Positions 1 to 13,534 are shown, numbered from the whole stretch's first letter. The stretch: DNA of 63,923 bases, filler included, from Ministeria vibrans ATCC 50519 (GCA_943704425.1; 6 parts of 6 records of this genome joined end to end with filler, not necessarily neighbours in it), one strand, 5' to 3'. Notes: generated by a model not told the origin, from the sequence alone. Program-made: numbers and translations.

Positions 1-1212
1 CCCCCCCCCATTAATTATGAATGAGAAAAAGAAACAAAACAGAATTATGGGCACAAAAATATAAATAATCGCTTTCTCTCTAATTCTCTCACCTCCAACT
101 GCTGCAAAAAGATCGCTTTGTTACCACGTGGCGCGTCCGTCGTCTCTTCAAAGCGAAAGACTTGAGCGCGCGGAGTGTCCACAAAGAACCAAACTTTGAC
201 GCGCTCGGCACTGCGTGCAATGGCACTAAGCTGACCAATCACTGCACTCTGTTCGCCCATTTCCTGTGTTTCCCGCAAATGAAATGCGCGTCGTACGTCC
301 AGCTCCACCTTTGTGATGATCCCCTGTGACCACAACAACAACATCAACAGCATCATCAAATGGCACTCGTGAGATCTTACGCAGGCGCCTGAGCTCACGA
401 CACACGCGTGAAAAGCGTTGCGCGTTGCACTGTCGCTGCGCGAGAGATTCAAAAGTGATCCATCGCCCTTGACAAGCTCTATGGATCGCACGAGGGTTGC
501 TAAACTGCCAATACCAACCCCCGTGCCATGCGTGCCAGTTGAGATGGCACCCGCAATGCTCTGGCGCACAACTCTATATAGAAAGGTTGGCGTGAAGTGT
601 TGGACGGACACGGAAAACCACTTACGAGCCCAAATTAATCATGTCCAAGCCGTTCTGGTCCAACACGTCGACCAGACGCTCAATTCGACAGCCTACGCAA
701 AACGGGTTGAGATGAGAGCAGTGGATCGTCGTCTGTGGCTGTTACCCCCTTCCACAACGACACGCAGACCCTCTCCATCCACTTCCAGCACACGCTGCAT
801 TCTGTCAAGCGACACCTGCACCGCTCCGTCGTTGGGCCGGGCCGCATCCGACCACGAGTGGCCTCCACCGACCACCTGCACACAGGAGCACACAGGTGAG
901 CAAGTCGCGCCGCTTCTCTCTGTCCCCTACGCACCTTCAGAGTCCCTCCAGCGCTGTTCGTCCGCTTCACCAGATCAACAACCGCGTCGACACTCGTGGG
1001 GAACGCATGCGAGCCCGCCTTGAACTCGATGAAGCCCTCTGTACGGCCGATAAACACTCCATCGCGGAAACAAACGTTGAAAACTCAAACTTACCCCAAT
1101 TGCGACTGATCACATCTCCTTCCGGCGGCATTCCATCGCCACTGTTCACTATTTTCATTCCAATAGTGATGGCGATGACAAGAGTCACCAGTGAGCAGAA
1201 ACCACGAAGCAT
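1..1212 (-). CDS. FAD-linked aldonolactone oxidase (L-gulonolactone / D-arabinonolactone oxidase family), multi-exon, 3' end outside the window
   Basis: Spliced N-terminal 'NW-EG', 'VVGGGHSWSD' (FAD-attachment His), 'QSIAGAISTGTHGTG' and 'GIITKVEL'. The start is either ATG 1212 or a downstream ATG. Confidence 0.85.
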
Positions 1213-1654
1213 ATCGAAATGATAATAATGAAGTAAATGACACAGTGTGAACTTGATATTCAATTAATTTTTTGAATTTTTAGTCGAACACTAGAATTGA
1301 AATTGAACTCATCACTCGGTGGTTGACACGGAGACTGACAGGTTCTGTCATCTGAGTGAGTGATCTGCGTGATCTGCGTGTATTGTGTAAGTTTTACTAT
1401 TGATTATATGATTTCTAAAGTAGCACATTACGTCTTCATCTTCTTCGCGGTGACTGTATCATTAATAAATGGGTTGTATTCTTCTTCTTCATCATCTTTA
1501 ATAATAATACTAATAATAATAACAATTATTATTATTTTATTATGTGCTGCTCTTAACTTTGTAAATAGTCTTGTTTTGACATTGAGTACAGGTCTCGATT
1601 TTCGGTTTATTGTCTTATTATTATTATTAAAATGCAATAATAAATTATATATAT

Positions 1655-4600
1655 CTACACTTGAACAACACCATTGCCCTCACGATACAACAAAATATCG
1701 CCATCATTGTCGGCATCCTCCCAATCGTCCCAGATGCGCCCCACCTTCATCCCCGAGAAGGTGTTCGACTTGTCTGCATTGACAAGCCACTGCCGCAGCT
1801 GCACTGCCGTCAGCATGTCATTGGCGTCGTGCCCTCGAAACGCCCCCTTGCCTTCCCCAAGGCCTTTCGCAAGCAGCTCGCTCATACGTGTCAGTCCCCC
1901 GTCAAGAGTCATGTACCCTTTCGACCTGTCAACAGCAGTAATTGTTAGTAAACTGATTCAACAATAAACGCTAATAATATACAAACTAATTTAGTAAATT
2001 TACCCGCTCAGCGAAGAAGTGATGATCTGGCGAGCAAAGCCTCGCTTAGGCGCACCCGTCAACATACTCTGATCCTTGGCCGGCAACAGCGACCCCGAAT
2101 TGCAAAAGTCGGCCAGCACAAGGATATTACAGGCGCGCCATCCAGCCAGCGACGACACAATACCCCGCAACACATGTAGGTCAAACCGCGCCAAACGCCC
2201 CGATCGAGTGGACACTGTGTCGCTCAGAAGCAGTCCTCCCGCCCCATCCTCCGCCCCATGGCCCATCAAGTCTATACAATAAAAACGCAATCCCGTACAC
2301 ATACACACCACAAAGACATAAATACACACAAGACAAAGACACACACACACACACACACACACATACATACATACATACATACATACATACAAACATACGT
2401 ACATACAATCCATCAGTCACAACTATGCATAGCACGTCTGCGGCGTACGAATGATAAGAAGTGCATCGTGACTCGCCGCAGCGCCAATATCATCCAACAG
2501 CAAACGAGCCTAAAATAACAAATACATACGTTCTCAATAAGCTCTAAACAAAGAGACAAATGAGCTATTTCCTTACACCCCGGAGAATCTTCGCCGGCGT
2601 TACTTTGTCCGTCGCATTCTCGTCGACTACAGTTCGCACAGCAAAATTGCGCTCTGTCCATAGGTCTTTCATGAGCTGCACACTTGCACGCACTCCAGGC
2701 AGATCAGGCCAATTATTGAGGTACGGATTTTTGGTGTTGCTCGCGTAGCGACTCACTCCAACAATCAGTGCTGCGTAGAAACAAACAACAACAATTTCAT
2801 CAATCATATCGGTCAAAACGCAATGAAGCAGTGTACCAGCTGCGTGCGAGTAGGGCGCAGGAAGACGCATCGCTGAAAGAACAACAATACATGAATATTA
2901 TTATCTTTTGCTCGCTTGTATCTCTCTTGTACGTGTTTGTGGAGTCCACCATGATTCTAGGCGGAAATTGCACAGTCGCGTGGCAGTGGCATAGTCGGCG
3001 AGTTTTGCATCGACAGTCGACTTGCAGCGGTACTCGTCGAGTGAGGCGGAGACGAGTGCGGGGGCGAAGAGGGGCACCGACAGGTTGTAGGGATGGGCGG
3101 GCACAGCGACTGCCTTGCCTCTCCAGCCCCACCGTAACCGACGCGTGCGGTCGCACACTGCCCCACACACACGCTCAACTGTCCGCATCACTCTTTCCAT
3201 CTGCACAGGGTCTTGGGTATCGTTGCACTGCAGTTCGAGACGCACAAACGGCTCTTTGGATTCCAGGCGCACGCGCACCTTCACATAGTCGCCCTTGAGA
3301 GTCAGCACTCCACTGCGTCGCTGTGTCGCACGAATTCCTTCGAGCGAACTTTCGTTCCACAGCGCCACAAGCAAAGCATGAAACTAATACCGCAACGCGA
3401 CATCAACTTCACATCAGCAGAGTTCCACCAGCACAAGAGTATTTCTTACCGTGGCAATGGTGACGGAAAGAACCTCGTCCGTCTTCGTGCCCGCCTTGCG
3501 CACCATTTGATAGACAAAAACCTGCTCGGTCCGGAGTGCCGCGTGCTCTGCAACCAACGGAGCACTGGCCGGCAGCAACATTGGCACAAGCAGTCGCGCA
3601 CCGTTGCGAAAGACCAGCCCCAGTTGCTCAAGGGCACGCAGAAAGGCCTCGGGGTCGGGCACCGCAGCGCCCGACAACTCCTCGTGCAGGGTCGCTTGGG
3701 CCGCGGCCGCTTGCCACACAAGCCATGTTGCAATCTCAATGGGGAACCCTTCGTACGACTCGCTGCTCGCGTCATCTAGCTGACGTAAGAGTTGCTCTGT
3801 GCGCTTGAGGTCCACCGCGTGACCCGCTTGTACCACCAGACGAAACATGTTCTTTGCTCGCGAGCTCTCCCTCTGATTCCACCGCGCCATCACAACTGAG
3901 CACAGCAACTCGACCGACTCAATGAGACGCCGCACATTGAACACAACACCGTCTGCGGGAGCAAGCGACGACGCACTGGCATTTTCGCGGCACACGACAA
4001 TGTCGGCGGCTGCCTCGAGGTACGGTACAAACACCGTGCGAAGTCGCACTGGGTCTGGGATGAGCTGGCCAAGCGTGAGGCCCGTTGCATCGTCAAGCAC
4101 AAGCGACTCAAGTTGGTCCACTCGATACACCATGTCGAGTGAACGGACCTTTTGTGTTGGGTCGTTTGTGTCTCTTGTGTCCTCCGCCTGATGTACGCGA
4201 CGACTCAACAGATCTTGGGCACAGACAAGCTCTAGAGGCCAAGTGTGCGTCTAACACAGAGAACACATAAGGGGGAATAAAGACCGTAAGACAGGCGAGA
4301 GAAGAAACTCAGAAAGTGTGCATACCCCAACTTGACCGCGAATGGAGGCACTGACGTCGGTAAGGCCAGTGCCATCAACACTGCTCACCTCAAAGTAGGG
4401 CACTGTGCTGTTGTCCGGGCGAATCAGGTGGTTTCCAAGGTGAGGACCCACCAAGTGCAGGAGTGATTCGGCAATGTGCTCGCGCAGAGGCGAGGGGACA
4501 CAGTTGTCAGGGAACTTGTCGACGTGCGTCCCAATGATCATGACACGGAAGGTAGGGGCGGTGGTGGTGGCAGTGGGACTAGACACCTGCGATATTGTGT

Positions 4601-7600
4601 TGGCCCACTTGGTGACCGCCGTGTACTGTCGCTCCGCCTGCACTGTATCTTGCATGCTGTGCAGGTCAAAGACAATCAAGTAAAGAGTATCTATAAAGAG
4701 AAGTCTATTAAGACTCTTTCCTGCTATTGTTTGTTCTTATAATTGTTATTACAGGCGCCGGCAAAGAGAGCTGGAAGCGACTCGAATATTTCTTCACCTG
4801 CAGCAAAAACATGAAACGGTTGAGTGCAACAATGAATCCTCGGTGACTAAATAAATCACCTGCAAAGTCAAAGGCATCAATGTGAATGCCCCCTTGCTTG
4901 ATTGTAGAGTTGAGTATTGCACCCGCTGTGATTACAGCGTTCGGTATTGATGTCGGTGTGGGGGAGGGACCGAGCGTGGCGGAGACGGAGGAAGCATGAG
5001 CAGGTGCGAAAGTACATGAGGAGTCAGAGAAAGAGGAGGAAGGGTGGTGGGAGTTGGTCTCGTTGCGAAGCAACGCATCGTAAGAAGGGTCGTTTGATGC
5101 GTCAGAGCAGGATGCGTATGATGCTGTGCCGTCTGTAGGTTGAGACGGTGGCGTAGTGGGAGTGTTGGTGACAAGTGTGTTGGGTGATGAGAGGGTGTCA
5201 AGGAAGGCAATGACAGGATGAGTAATAGGAGTGGAGGGAGCAGCAGTGGAAGTGGTAGTGGTGGTGGCGGCGGTTGTGGTGGCGGTGTCGTTAGTGGCGG
5301 TCATAGCTGCACTGATGAGACTGGCAATGTTGTACTCGGTGTGCGGCACAAGCGAGAAGAGGCCGGTGCGGTCGCCCTCAACCGCATCGCCCAGTCGCAT
5401 GCGGTGGATTCGCGCTGCAATTGAGCGGTCGGAAAGGTCCGGCAGTGGTTGACCCAGTAGAGCACAGAGAAGGGCTGTTTTTCCAGCACGAGCTAATCAA
5501 TGAGAAATCAATAATAGAAAATAAATGAACAATACAATAATTCGATAATAACACGTACAAGCGCCCAGAAGGAGCATTTTGAGAGAGCGGGAGACGACTG
5601 TTCCACGAGAGAGCGCCGCATTAAACTCTGTTTCGTACAGAATGCGCTGAAGAGTCCTGAACAAGAAAAGTGATAAGATAAAGAGTAAAGTAATGAGAGG
5701 AGGGGCTTTTTCTGACCCTCGAAATTGATCAATAGTGCGAATGCACTCCTCATCGGCGACCAACCACACACGCACAGTCGCGGGAGTCTCGTCAGTGCGC
5801 GTCACAACATATCGGTCATCGGAAGTGAACTGAACCTCTCTGAGGGGACTATGAGTTGTACAATATTATGAATCGCAACAACAATAAAATGAGAAATAAT
5901 TAAACAACAAACAACAATGATACGTTTGGTCTGATCCTTTGAGAATGTGCTGAAGCTCTCCCCGAAGAAGGGACCACATTTGAAGGTTACGATTCCATGA
6001 ACTGCTGAAAAGAGTCTGTCCATCGCGAGTGGCAACGACAGACGCCACAACACTATACAGATACAAAAAAGATAACATGAACATTATTCACATAGTCATT
6101 GTATAGAATGTCAAAAAGTCACGCGACCACTCTTTCTCACTCATTTAATTTATTCTCACTTGTTCAATATTACTCATTCGACCTCTCTCACTGATACACC
6201 CACACTCGCTTAATAAAACTCTCGCACATTCAATATATCGTACCGATCACTGTCAGACAATGTTCGCTCACATGTCCACTGACACTCTGGGAGAATTGCA
6301 GACCACACTTTGACTGTCGAGTCCTGCGAACTACTCACAATATGCGATCCGCCCTGCGTAAATATCGCAGAAAATACAGTACTAGAGACACGAAACAAAA
6401 ATGAGTTCACTCTCACTCTCTCTTTTGTCTCCATTAGAGCCCTTTGTTTTCTTTCTCTATCACTTTGTTTCTTTCTCCTCTGTCTCTCTATCACTTTGCT
6501 TCTTTTCCCTCCTTTCTCTCTCTATCACTTGTTTTTTTCTCCCTCCTCTCTCTCTCTATCACTTTGTTTTTTTTCTCCCTCCTCTCTCTCTCTCTCTCCT
6601 CTCACTCTCACTCTCTCTATCTCTATCTCTCTGTTCCTTACTCGTCGTGCCCTTCGATGACGGCAAGACAGGTGGCAGTGGCAAGATTCCACACGCGTGC
6701 TGTCCTGTCGCTCGACGAGCTCACCAGACGCTTACCGTTTGGCGCAAAAGACACGCAGGTGACCGATTGTGTGTGCCCCGTCAGCGTCAGCTTGTGGTCG
6801 CCATTCTGAGGATTCCACAGCTTCACCGTCGTGTCTTTTGAGCAGCTTGCAATCAAATTGCCATGGGGTGAGTAGCGCACACACATGACGGCCCTGGCCA
6901 TGGGGAGACACAAAAACAGCATTTGTTAGACACATTGGCTTCCATCTCCATTGCACGAACCGTTCGTGACCATAGCGAAAGAGGATGGTGCGATTGATCA
7001 TGAAAAGACATTTATCCCTCGTAGTTGACCACACTCTGATGGACTTGTCCGCAGATGCACTCACAAACGATGCTCCGTCTGGTGAAAAGTCGCAGGAAAA
7101 CACTTCACTATATATAAATTGCGAGTGTAGTTTAGTCGCACCAAAACCATAAACACAACACATACAATAACCTGTGTATGTGTGTGTGAACCATACCCTG
7201 TGTGTCCAGTGAACGTGCGCAGGCAACTGTCGTGTGTGCGATCGTCAATCGACCAAAGTTTCAACGCGCTGTCAACGGAGCAGCTTAAAAGTGTCTTGCC
7301 GTCCGGAGAGAAGACAAGGTCCCTGACGTACCTGCGCAGAAGACAACCAAGGAGAGGGGAGAAAATAAAATACAATTAGAGAATCGAGAGCTGTACAATG
7401 TCAAAACACGACTATAATAATAATTATTATACAACAGTAATAAAACCATAATAATAATAATAAAAATAATCATAATAATTATTATTATAATAATAACAAT
7501 CATAATAATAATAATCATAATAATAATAATCATAATAATAATAAAGATCATAATAATGATACATTCTTACTCGTCGTGTCCTTGGAAGCGGAAAAGACAC

Positions 7601-7794
7601 TCTCGCGTCGCTGTACTCCACAAGTTGATCTTCTTGTCCACAGACGCACTTGCCAGCAGCCGCTCGTCCGGAGAGAGCGCAAGGCCTGGCGTACAGTTCA
7701 AGGGACCAAACGACAAGGGACACTCGAACTTGTCGCGTCCCTCCTGCGCCTCCTTGACAATGTGAACGTCTCCGCGTTGCGCGCACGCCACCAA
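1655..7794 (-). CDS. Multi-exon WD40-repeat + Roc-COR (Roco GTPase) + C-terminal caspase-family (peptidase C14) protein; 5' end uncertain
   Basis: About 8 WD40 repeats (GH..SPDG..LASxSxD..W). P-loop LLLGASRAGKT (spliced at about 5490-5560), FDFAG, IIGTHVDK and VSS. COR-like 'FLRALEQLGLVF..LLVPMLLP'. C14 motifs ALIVGVSRY, LMGHG (His 2258-2260) and LADFCNSG (Cys 2102-2104). Splice phases checked from the last WD40 exon to the stop codon. Confidence 0.82.
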
Positions 7795-8619
7795 CTGCGT
7801 GTTACGATAGCCTCGAATCATCAAACGGTGTGCGTGCGTGTGGCTGTGCGTGTGAATTGGCTGCAAAACGAAAAGACGTAAAGGGTAAACAAAGTTGCGC
7901 CGCGCATTGTCCCAAACGAATAGAATTGGATAGTGGGGAGCAGCCACGAGAGGAGGTACCTCAAGTCCTGAGTCTCCGACTCCTCGAACAGGTTCGAGGC
8001 AGCAGAAACAACCGATATGTGGAGAAGAAGAAAAAAAATTGTGTCATGATTCGGTCATTGGTTTAGAAACAATGATCAGTCGACTGTCGCTGATCCGTAC
8101 GATGAGCGATCTGTACGATCTGCACGCAAATTTGTAAACGACAATCTCATTCTCTTACGACGCTTGAACTTGCAAAGATGCAACCGAACTTATTAAACGG
8201 AACTGTCGAGCGACAAGTTACAATTTACAAAACAATTACTCATAATTATTTTGTTATCTCGTTCGCCTAAACACAAGTAAGCGCACGTGTCGCGCAGAGA
8301 GAGCCTCACTGCCCCCCCCCTGCGTGCCTCGGCATGCGTGTGCGTGTCTCCCGCCCGCTCTTTCCCTCTCCAACACCAAAGCGACGCACCCGCTCTCGCC
8401 CCCTCCTCCGCATTCCCCTTTCCCGCCCCTCTCCTCCCCCGTTCACCGCCCCACGCCACCCACACCATCGTCCTCTACGCCTCCATGCGTCGTCCAATCC
8501 CCATGGACCCCTACAAGTCCCTCAATCGTTTGCGTTTTTTTTATCCTGAAGCGACTGAGTTAAAATGGAGCACGATTGTTGCGGCATGATGTGATTGAAG
8601 TCAATGTGTTCGACATACT

Positions 8620-8719
8620 NNNNNNNNNNNNNNNNNNNNNNNNNNNNNNNNNNNNNNNNNNNNTTAATTAATTAANNNNNNNNNNNNNNNNNNNNNNNNN
8701 NNNNNNNNNNNNNNNNNNN
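8620..8719. other. Artificial contig spacer
   Basis: N44-TTAATTAATTAA-N44 (stops in all six frames); identical at five positions in the window. Confidence 0.97.
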
Positions 8720-9147
8720 GTGTGGACAGGCGACGGGTGCGGCGACACAGTCAGACGCAACATGTGCCGCCATCGCCTGTGCTCGCCCGGTCCAGCTGCA
8801 CCCCGCCTCGCGATGGGCACATGGCGTCCAATCACAGCCGGGCAAATGGTCCGTCAGCAGATTGCTGCGAGGCCCAACCCAGTCGCATCCGCTGGCTTTG
8901 TTCGAGCAGTACACTTTGGACTTGCCCAGTAGTTTGAGGACGGTACTCACCGCAGGCTTGACGTCTTCCTGCGGCACGACGGGCTTCCGATCGACGGGGC
9001 ACGCAAGCTTCTGGGCGAGGGCGCTTTGCAGACACACGGCGCAGAACATGTGCTCGCAGGCGAGCATTCGCGGGTCAACGAGCGGCTGATGGCAAATGTG
9101 GCACAGAAGCTCGTCATCGACTGGATTGCGCGAAACGTAGTCAAACG
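8720..9147 (-). CDS. RING-HC + TRAF-type zinc finger protein (TRAF/PDZRN3/RNF41-like N-terminus), truncated by the contig end
   Basis: CHICHQPLVDP..CEHMFCAVC..CPVDR followed by CSNKASGCDW..HL..C and C..H..GCSW..H..C repeats. Confidence 0.85.
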
Positions 9148-9427
9148 CTGCAAAGCGAGCAAGAGCGAGAGAGAGGGACGAACAAGAAGAAAACAGAGAC
9201 GAGTAAGTAAACGGCAGAGGAAAGAGAGTGACGCGGAAAAAACGAAAAGAATCGAAAATGAAAATGAAAAACACCATTCTCAGTCTGTACAAAATTTTGA
9301 AGGATTCTTTGAAGAGCTCATGATGTGTTATGCCCAGGACGACACCTTCTCAAGAAAATGATTGATAAAACTTTAAAAAAAAAAAAACGATCAAGTCGAT
9401 TTCTATTTTCTTTCAGTTTTTTTCGGC

Positions 9428-12426
9428 ATGCCCCGCGGAGAAAAGCGCAAGGCTGCAGCGGAGAGCGACGAAGAAGAGTACACGGTAGATGCAACTGCAG
9501 TAGAATCCGACGACAACGACGACGAAGACGACTTCTTTGAAGAGGCGCGTACGAATGTGATCGTTGGGCAACGAACTCGCTCGCTCTCTCTCTCAACCTG
9601 TCTCTCTCTCTCTCTCTCTCTCTCTCCTCGCTTCTCGCTCCACTCTTTTCACAGCTCCCAAACCAAAGAGGAAGCGCGTCGTCGTGGACGCCTCCGAGTC
9701 GGATTCGGCGGATGAGGACGAGGAGTATCCGGTCGAGAGCGACAGTGACGACGCCGACTCGGATTCCGACGCAATTGTGGGCTCTGAGGACGACGATGTG
9801 ATCGACTCGGAGGCGGATGATCCCGACGAAGATTCTATCGATGGGTCTGAGGCAGAGGTACACCTCGTCGCGACCTGCGAAGGTGCACTATTCACACTGG
9901 CACTTTCTTTTTTAGGAGGACAGCGATCCCGAAGGTCTCAAGAAGAAGAAGAAGAAACGAGCGCCAAAGAGTGGCAAGGGCGCCGGACGAAACGGTGCGA
10001 CGTCAAAGCCGCGTGGCAAGAAGGCCAAGCTACTGGCGGCAGCGGCCGAGCAAGACGCCTTCAAGGACTACCGCCATCTCAAGTTGAAAAAGGACCACCG
10101 TTCGCGGCCCGTGTGGGTCGGCGACGACGGCAGCATCTTTCTCGAGGCCTTCTCGCCCATCTACAGCACTGCCTACGACTTTCTCATTGCCATCGCGGAG
10201 CCGGTGAATCGCCCGCGCTTCATCCACGAGTACCAACTCACGCCCTACTCGCTGTACGCGGCCGTCTCGGTCGGACTGACAAGTCACGGGATCATGACGA
10301 GCCTCGAGAAGATGAGCAAGGTCGAGTTGTCGAAGGAGATCAAAGACTTCATTCTGGAGCACACCGAGTCGTATGGCAAGGCCAAGTTGGTACTTAAAAA
10401 CAACAAGTACCTCATTGAGAGTCGCTACCCGGATGTGCTACGCATGCTACTAAACGACGAGGTGGTCCAACGCGGCAAGGTGGAGGTGACGGGCGAGCAG
10501 CTGACCGTGAGCGATGCGCCCACTGCCGCGTTTGTTGTGCCCGGCACGAGTGAGGCGCTCAAACAAAAGGAAAAGAAGGAGGGAGCGAAGAGCGGCAAGA
10601 GTGGTATGGCAGGAGGAGTAGGGGGCGATCCGAGCGATGAGACAACGAAGATGGTGGAGGATGTGCCGGACGATCTGAAGGAGATGATGGACCGAGATGA
10701 CACGGTGGGAGCGGAGGAGGGGGATGGAGAGGGAGCGGGGGGCTCGGGGGCTGCTCAGGAGCAAGTGCACTCGTTTGAGATTGAGCGGTCGCACGTGGCC
10801 AACATCAAGGACTACTGTTTTGCGCAGCTAAACCATCCACTGGTGGAAGAGTACGATTTCCGCAACGACCGATCGACACCACAACTGGACATTGACCTGA
10901 AGCCACTGACGACGCTGCGCCCGTACCAGGAGAAGGCGCTGAACAAGATGTTTGGCAATGGGCGTGCGCGGTCCGGACTGATTGTGCTGCCGTGTGGCGC
11001 GGGCAAGACCCTTGTGGGCGTGACTGCGGCCTGTACGGTGCGCAAGCGAGCGTTGGTGCTTACCACCAACGCCGTGAGTGTCGAGCAGTGGCGCTCCGAG
11101 TTTCGCAAGTGGGCCAACATTCCGTACGAGAAGATTGCACGCTTCACGTCGACGGTCAAGGATGAACCGGCCGAGTGTGGCATTGTGATCAGCACGTACA
11201 CCATGTTTTCCTATGGCGGGACGCGCTCGGCGCAGGCACGGCGCATCATGAATTTTATTCGGGAGCGCGAGTGGGGCATTTTGATTTTGGACGAGGTGCA
11301 TGTGGTGCCGGCCGAGACCTTTCGCAAGGTGATCCACGAAGGGGTCGGGGCGCACTGCAAGCTGGGCTTGACGGCGACGTTGGTGCGCGAAGACGACCAC
11401 ATCACCGACCTCAACTTTCTGGTGGGCCCCAAGCTGTACGAAGCCAACTGGATGGATCTACAGCGCGCCGGGTACATTGCGCGCGTGTCGTGTGCCGAAG
11501 TGTGGTGCCCCATGACGGGCGAGTTCTACCGAAAGTACCTGGAGATCAAGGGACGCCACCGCACTCTGCTGTGGACCATGAACCCCAACAAGTTTCGCGC
11601 GTGCCAGTACCTCATCCAGTACCACGAGGAGCGCGGCGACAAGATCATTGTGTTCAGCGACGATGTGTTTACGCTCAAGGCATACGCCATGCGGCTGCAG
11701 AAGCACTTTCTGTACGGCAAGACGAGTCAGGCGGAGCGTCTTGAGGTCCTCGAGAAGTTCAAAAAGGACAGCAAGATCAACTGCATCTTCTGCAGCAAGA
11801 TTGCCGACAACGCCATTGACCTGCCCGACGCCAATGTGCTCATCCAGATTTCGTCACACTACGGGTCGCGACGACAGGAGGCACAGCGACTGGGGCGCAT
11901 TCTGCGGGCCAAGCGCGGCCACATTGCCGATGAGTTCAACGCCTACTTTTACACGCTCGTGTCGCAGGACACGCAAGAAATGTCGTACTCGCTGCACCGA
12001 CAGCAGTTTCTCGTGGATCAAGGGTACGCCTTCCAGGTTGTGACGTCGCTTCCGCCGCCTGGCACGCGCAACCTGTACTACGGTACGGCCGAGGAGCAGC
12101 GCCAGTTGCTGCGCGATGTGCTCGCCGCCAGTGACGAGCTTGTGGATGACAGCGACGGCGACGACACCGCCGGCCTGGACGTTGTCAACCACCAGACAAG
12201 CAAGAGCCGCGAGCGCAAGCAGGCCAAGCTGCTCGCTGACATGTCGGGCGGCAACTCGGCCGTGTACATGGAGACGAGTGCCACGGCGGGCGGCGCCGAC
12301 GCCAAGAAACGCGCAGCTGCCGGTGGTCGCAAAGCCCTAGAGGAGTCGTCGGCGATCAAGAAGATGATGATGAAGCAGAATCGTGTCGAGAGACATCAAA
12401 AGTCTGTTTTCCGTCCCAAAAAGTAG
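9428..12426 (+). CDS. ERCC3: TFIIH helicase/translocase XPB, with two 5' introns and an acidic N-terminal extension
   Basis: DHRSRPVWV, FLEAFSPIY, LRPYQEKAL, ARSGLIVLPCGAGKTLVG, LDEVH, KLGLTATLVRED, SRRQEAQRLGRILR. Confidence 0.97.
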
Positions 12427-12663
12427 AGTGTAACATAATAATTATTAAGTTTTTATTATTATACCTGTGATGCAACAGGGATCGAGAATAATCGAGATAC
12501 AACGCAATAAGATTTATAAGAACAACTTTAGAACATGGGCCAGCTAGCAGCTACCTTTATATTTCTCTTGAGCGCTCAAATTTAGAACTGACTAAGTGTG
12601 ATTTTTTTTTTTTACTATTGAATTGACAAACTTTTCGTATTCTCGTTGATACCTCTCGTTGTC

Positions 12664-12911
12664 ATGAACTCCGTCTCCGGCTCGACAGTTGCCATTGCAG
12701 TGGGCGCGTTTGTCGCCTCGTACTGCCTCTACTGGGACTACCGACGCCGCTCATCGCCTTCCTACCCGTCGCAGCTGCGCGAGAGTAAGCGTGTGTCCGC
12801 CTGCTGCCTCTCAATGGCCCTCGCCTAGAGTCTCGTGCGCTGTGGCCCGTGTCTCCCGCCCTTTTGCGCCGCGGGCACTCCGGCACGTGGAAATCAAGCC
12901 ATGACAAAAAC

Positions 12912-12948
<37 letters not shown>

Positions 12949-13467
12949 AATCGCTGTTCGTTCGACTGCGCTCTCCCCATCCCTCGGCATGCGCATCGCA
13001 GCTAGCCACTGAATGCTGATTTGGGTGTGTGTGTGTGTGTGTGTGTGTTTTTTGTCTGCGTAGAGCGCTTGCGACAGAAGGTGGAGAAGCGCAAGGCAGA
13101 GAAGGCAGCGGCCAAGGCCAAGGCAGACATGCAGCAGTCAGTGGGAAATGTGCCGGCAGGTACCACCACACTCAACAGTGCACGGGGCGCACGCTGAGCC
13201 CCCTCCACACACTTACACACACTCACATGTTTGTGTCTTGTAGAGGCCAGCTCGATGAATGAGCAAGAGCTGCGTGCCTACTACATGCAACAGATGGCCA
13301 AGGCCGAAGAGAAGCTGTCGACCAACGAGTTTTCGGCGGCTGCACGACACATTGCCAATGCCGTGCGTGTCTGTGGCGACGCCCAGGCGTTGCTGCAAGT
13401 GCTGCAGGAACACCTTCCTGCAAACGTCTTCCAGATGCTTATTCAGGAGCTCACTCAGCAAATGTGA
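12664..13467 (+). CDS. TOMM20: Mitochondrial import receptor Tom20 (N-anchored opisthokont type), 3 exons
   Basis: N-terminal TM then YCLYWDYRRRSSPSY; 'HIANAVRVCGDAQALLQVLQEHLPANVF'. Confidence 0.92.
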
Positions 13468-13534
13468 GCGATCGACCAAAAAGAAACTGTACACTATTAT
13501 TGTTTTCCATCACAAAAGCGCGTTTGGTTGTGGT

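Noticed and set aside
8664-8675. Recurrent TTAATTAATTAA palindrome
   Set aside because: It is an assembly linker with six-frame stops, always centred in N runs.
1655-9147. Roco-caspase next to a RING/TRAF protein as an immune gene cluster
   Set aside because: They are separated by an artificial contig spacer, so the adjacency is not evidence.
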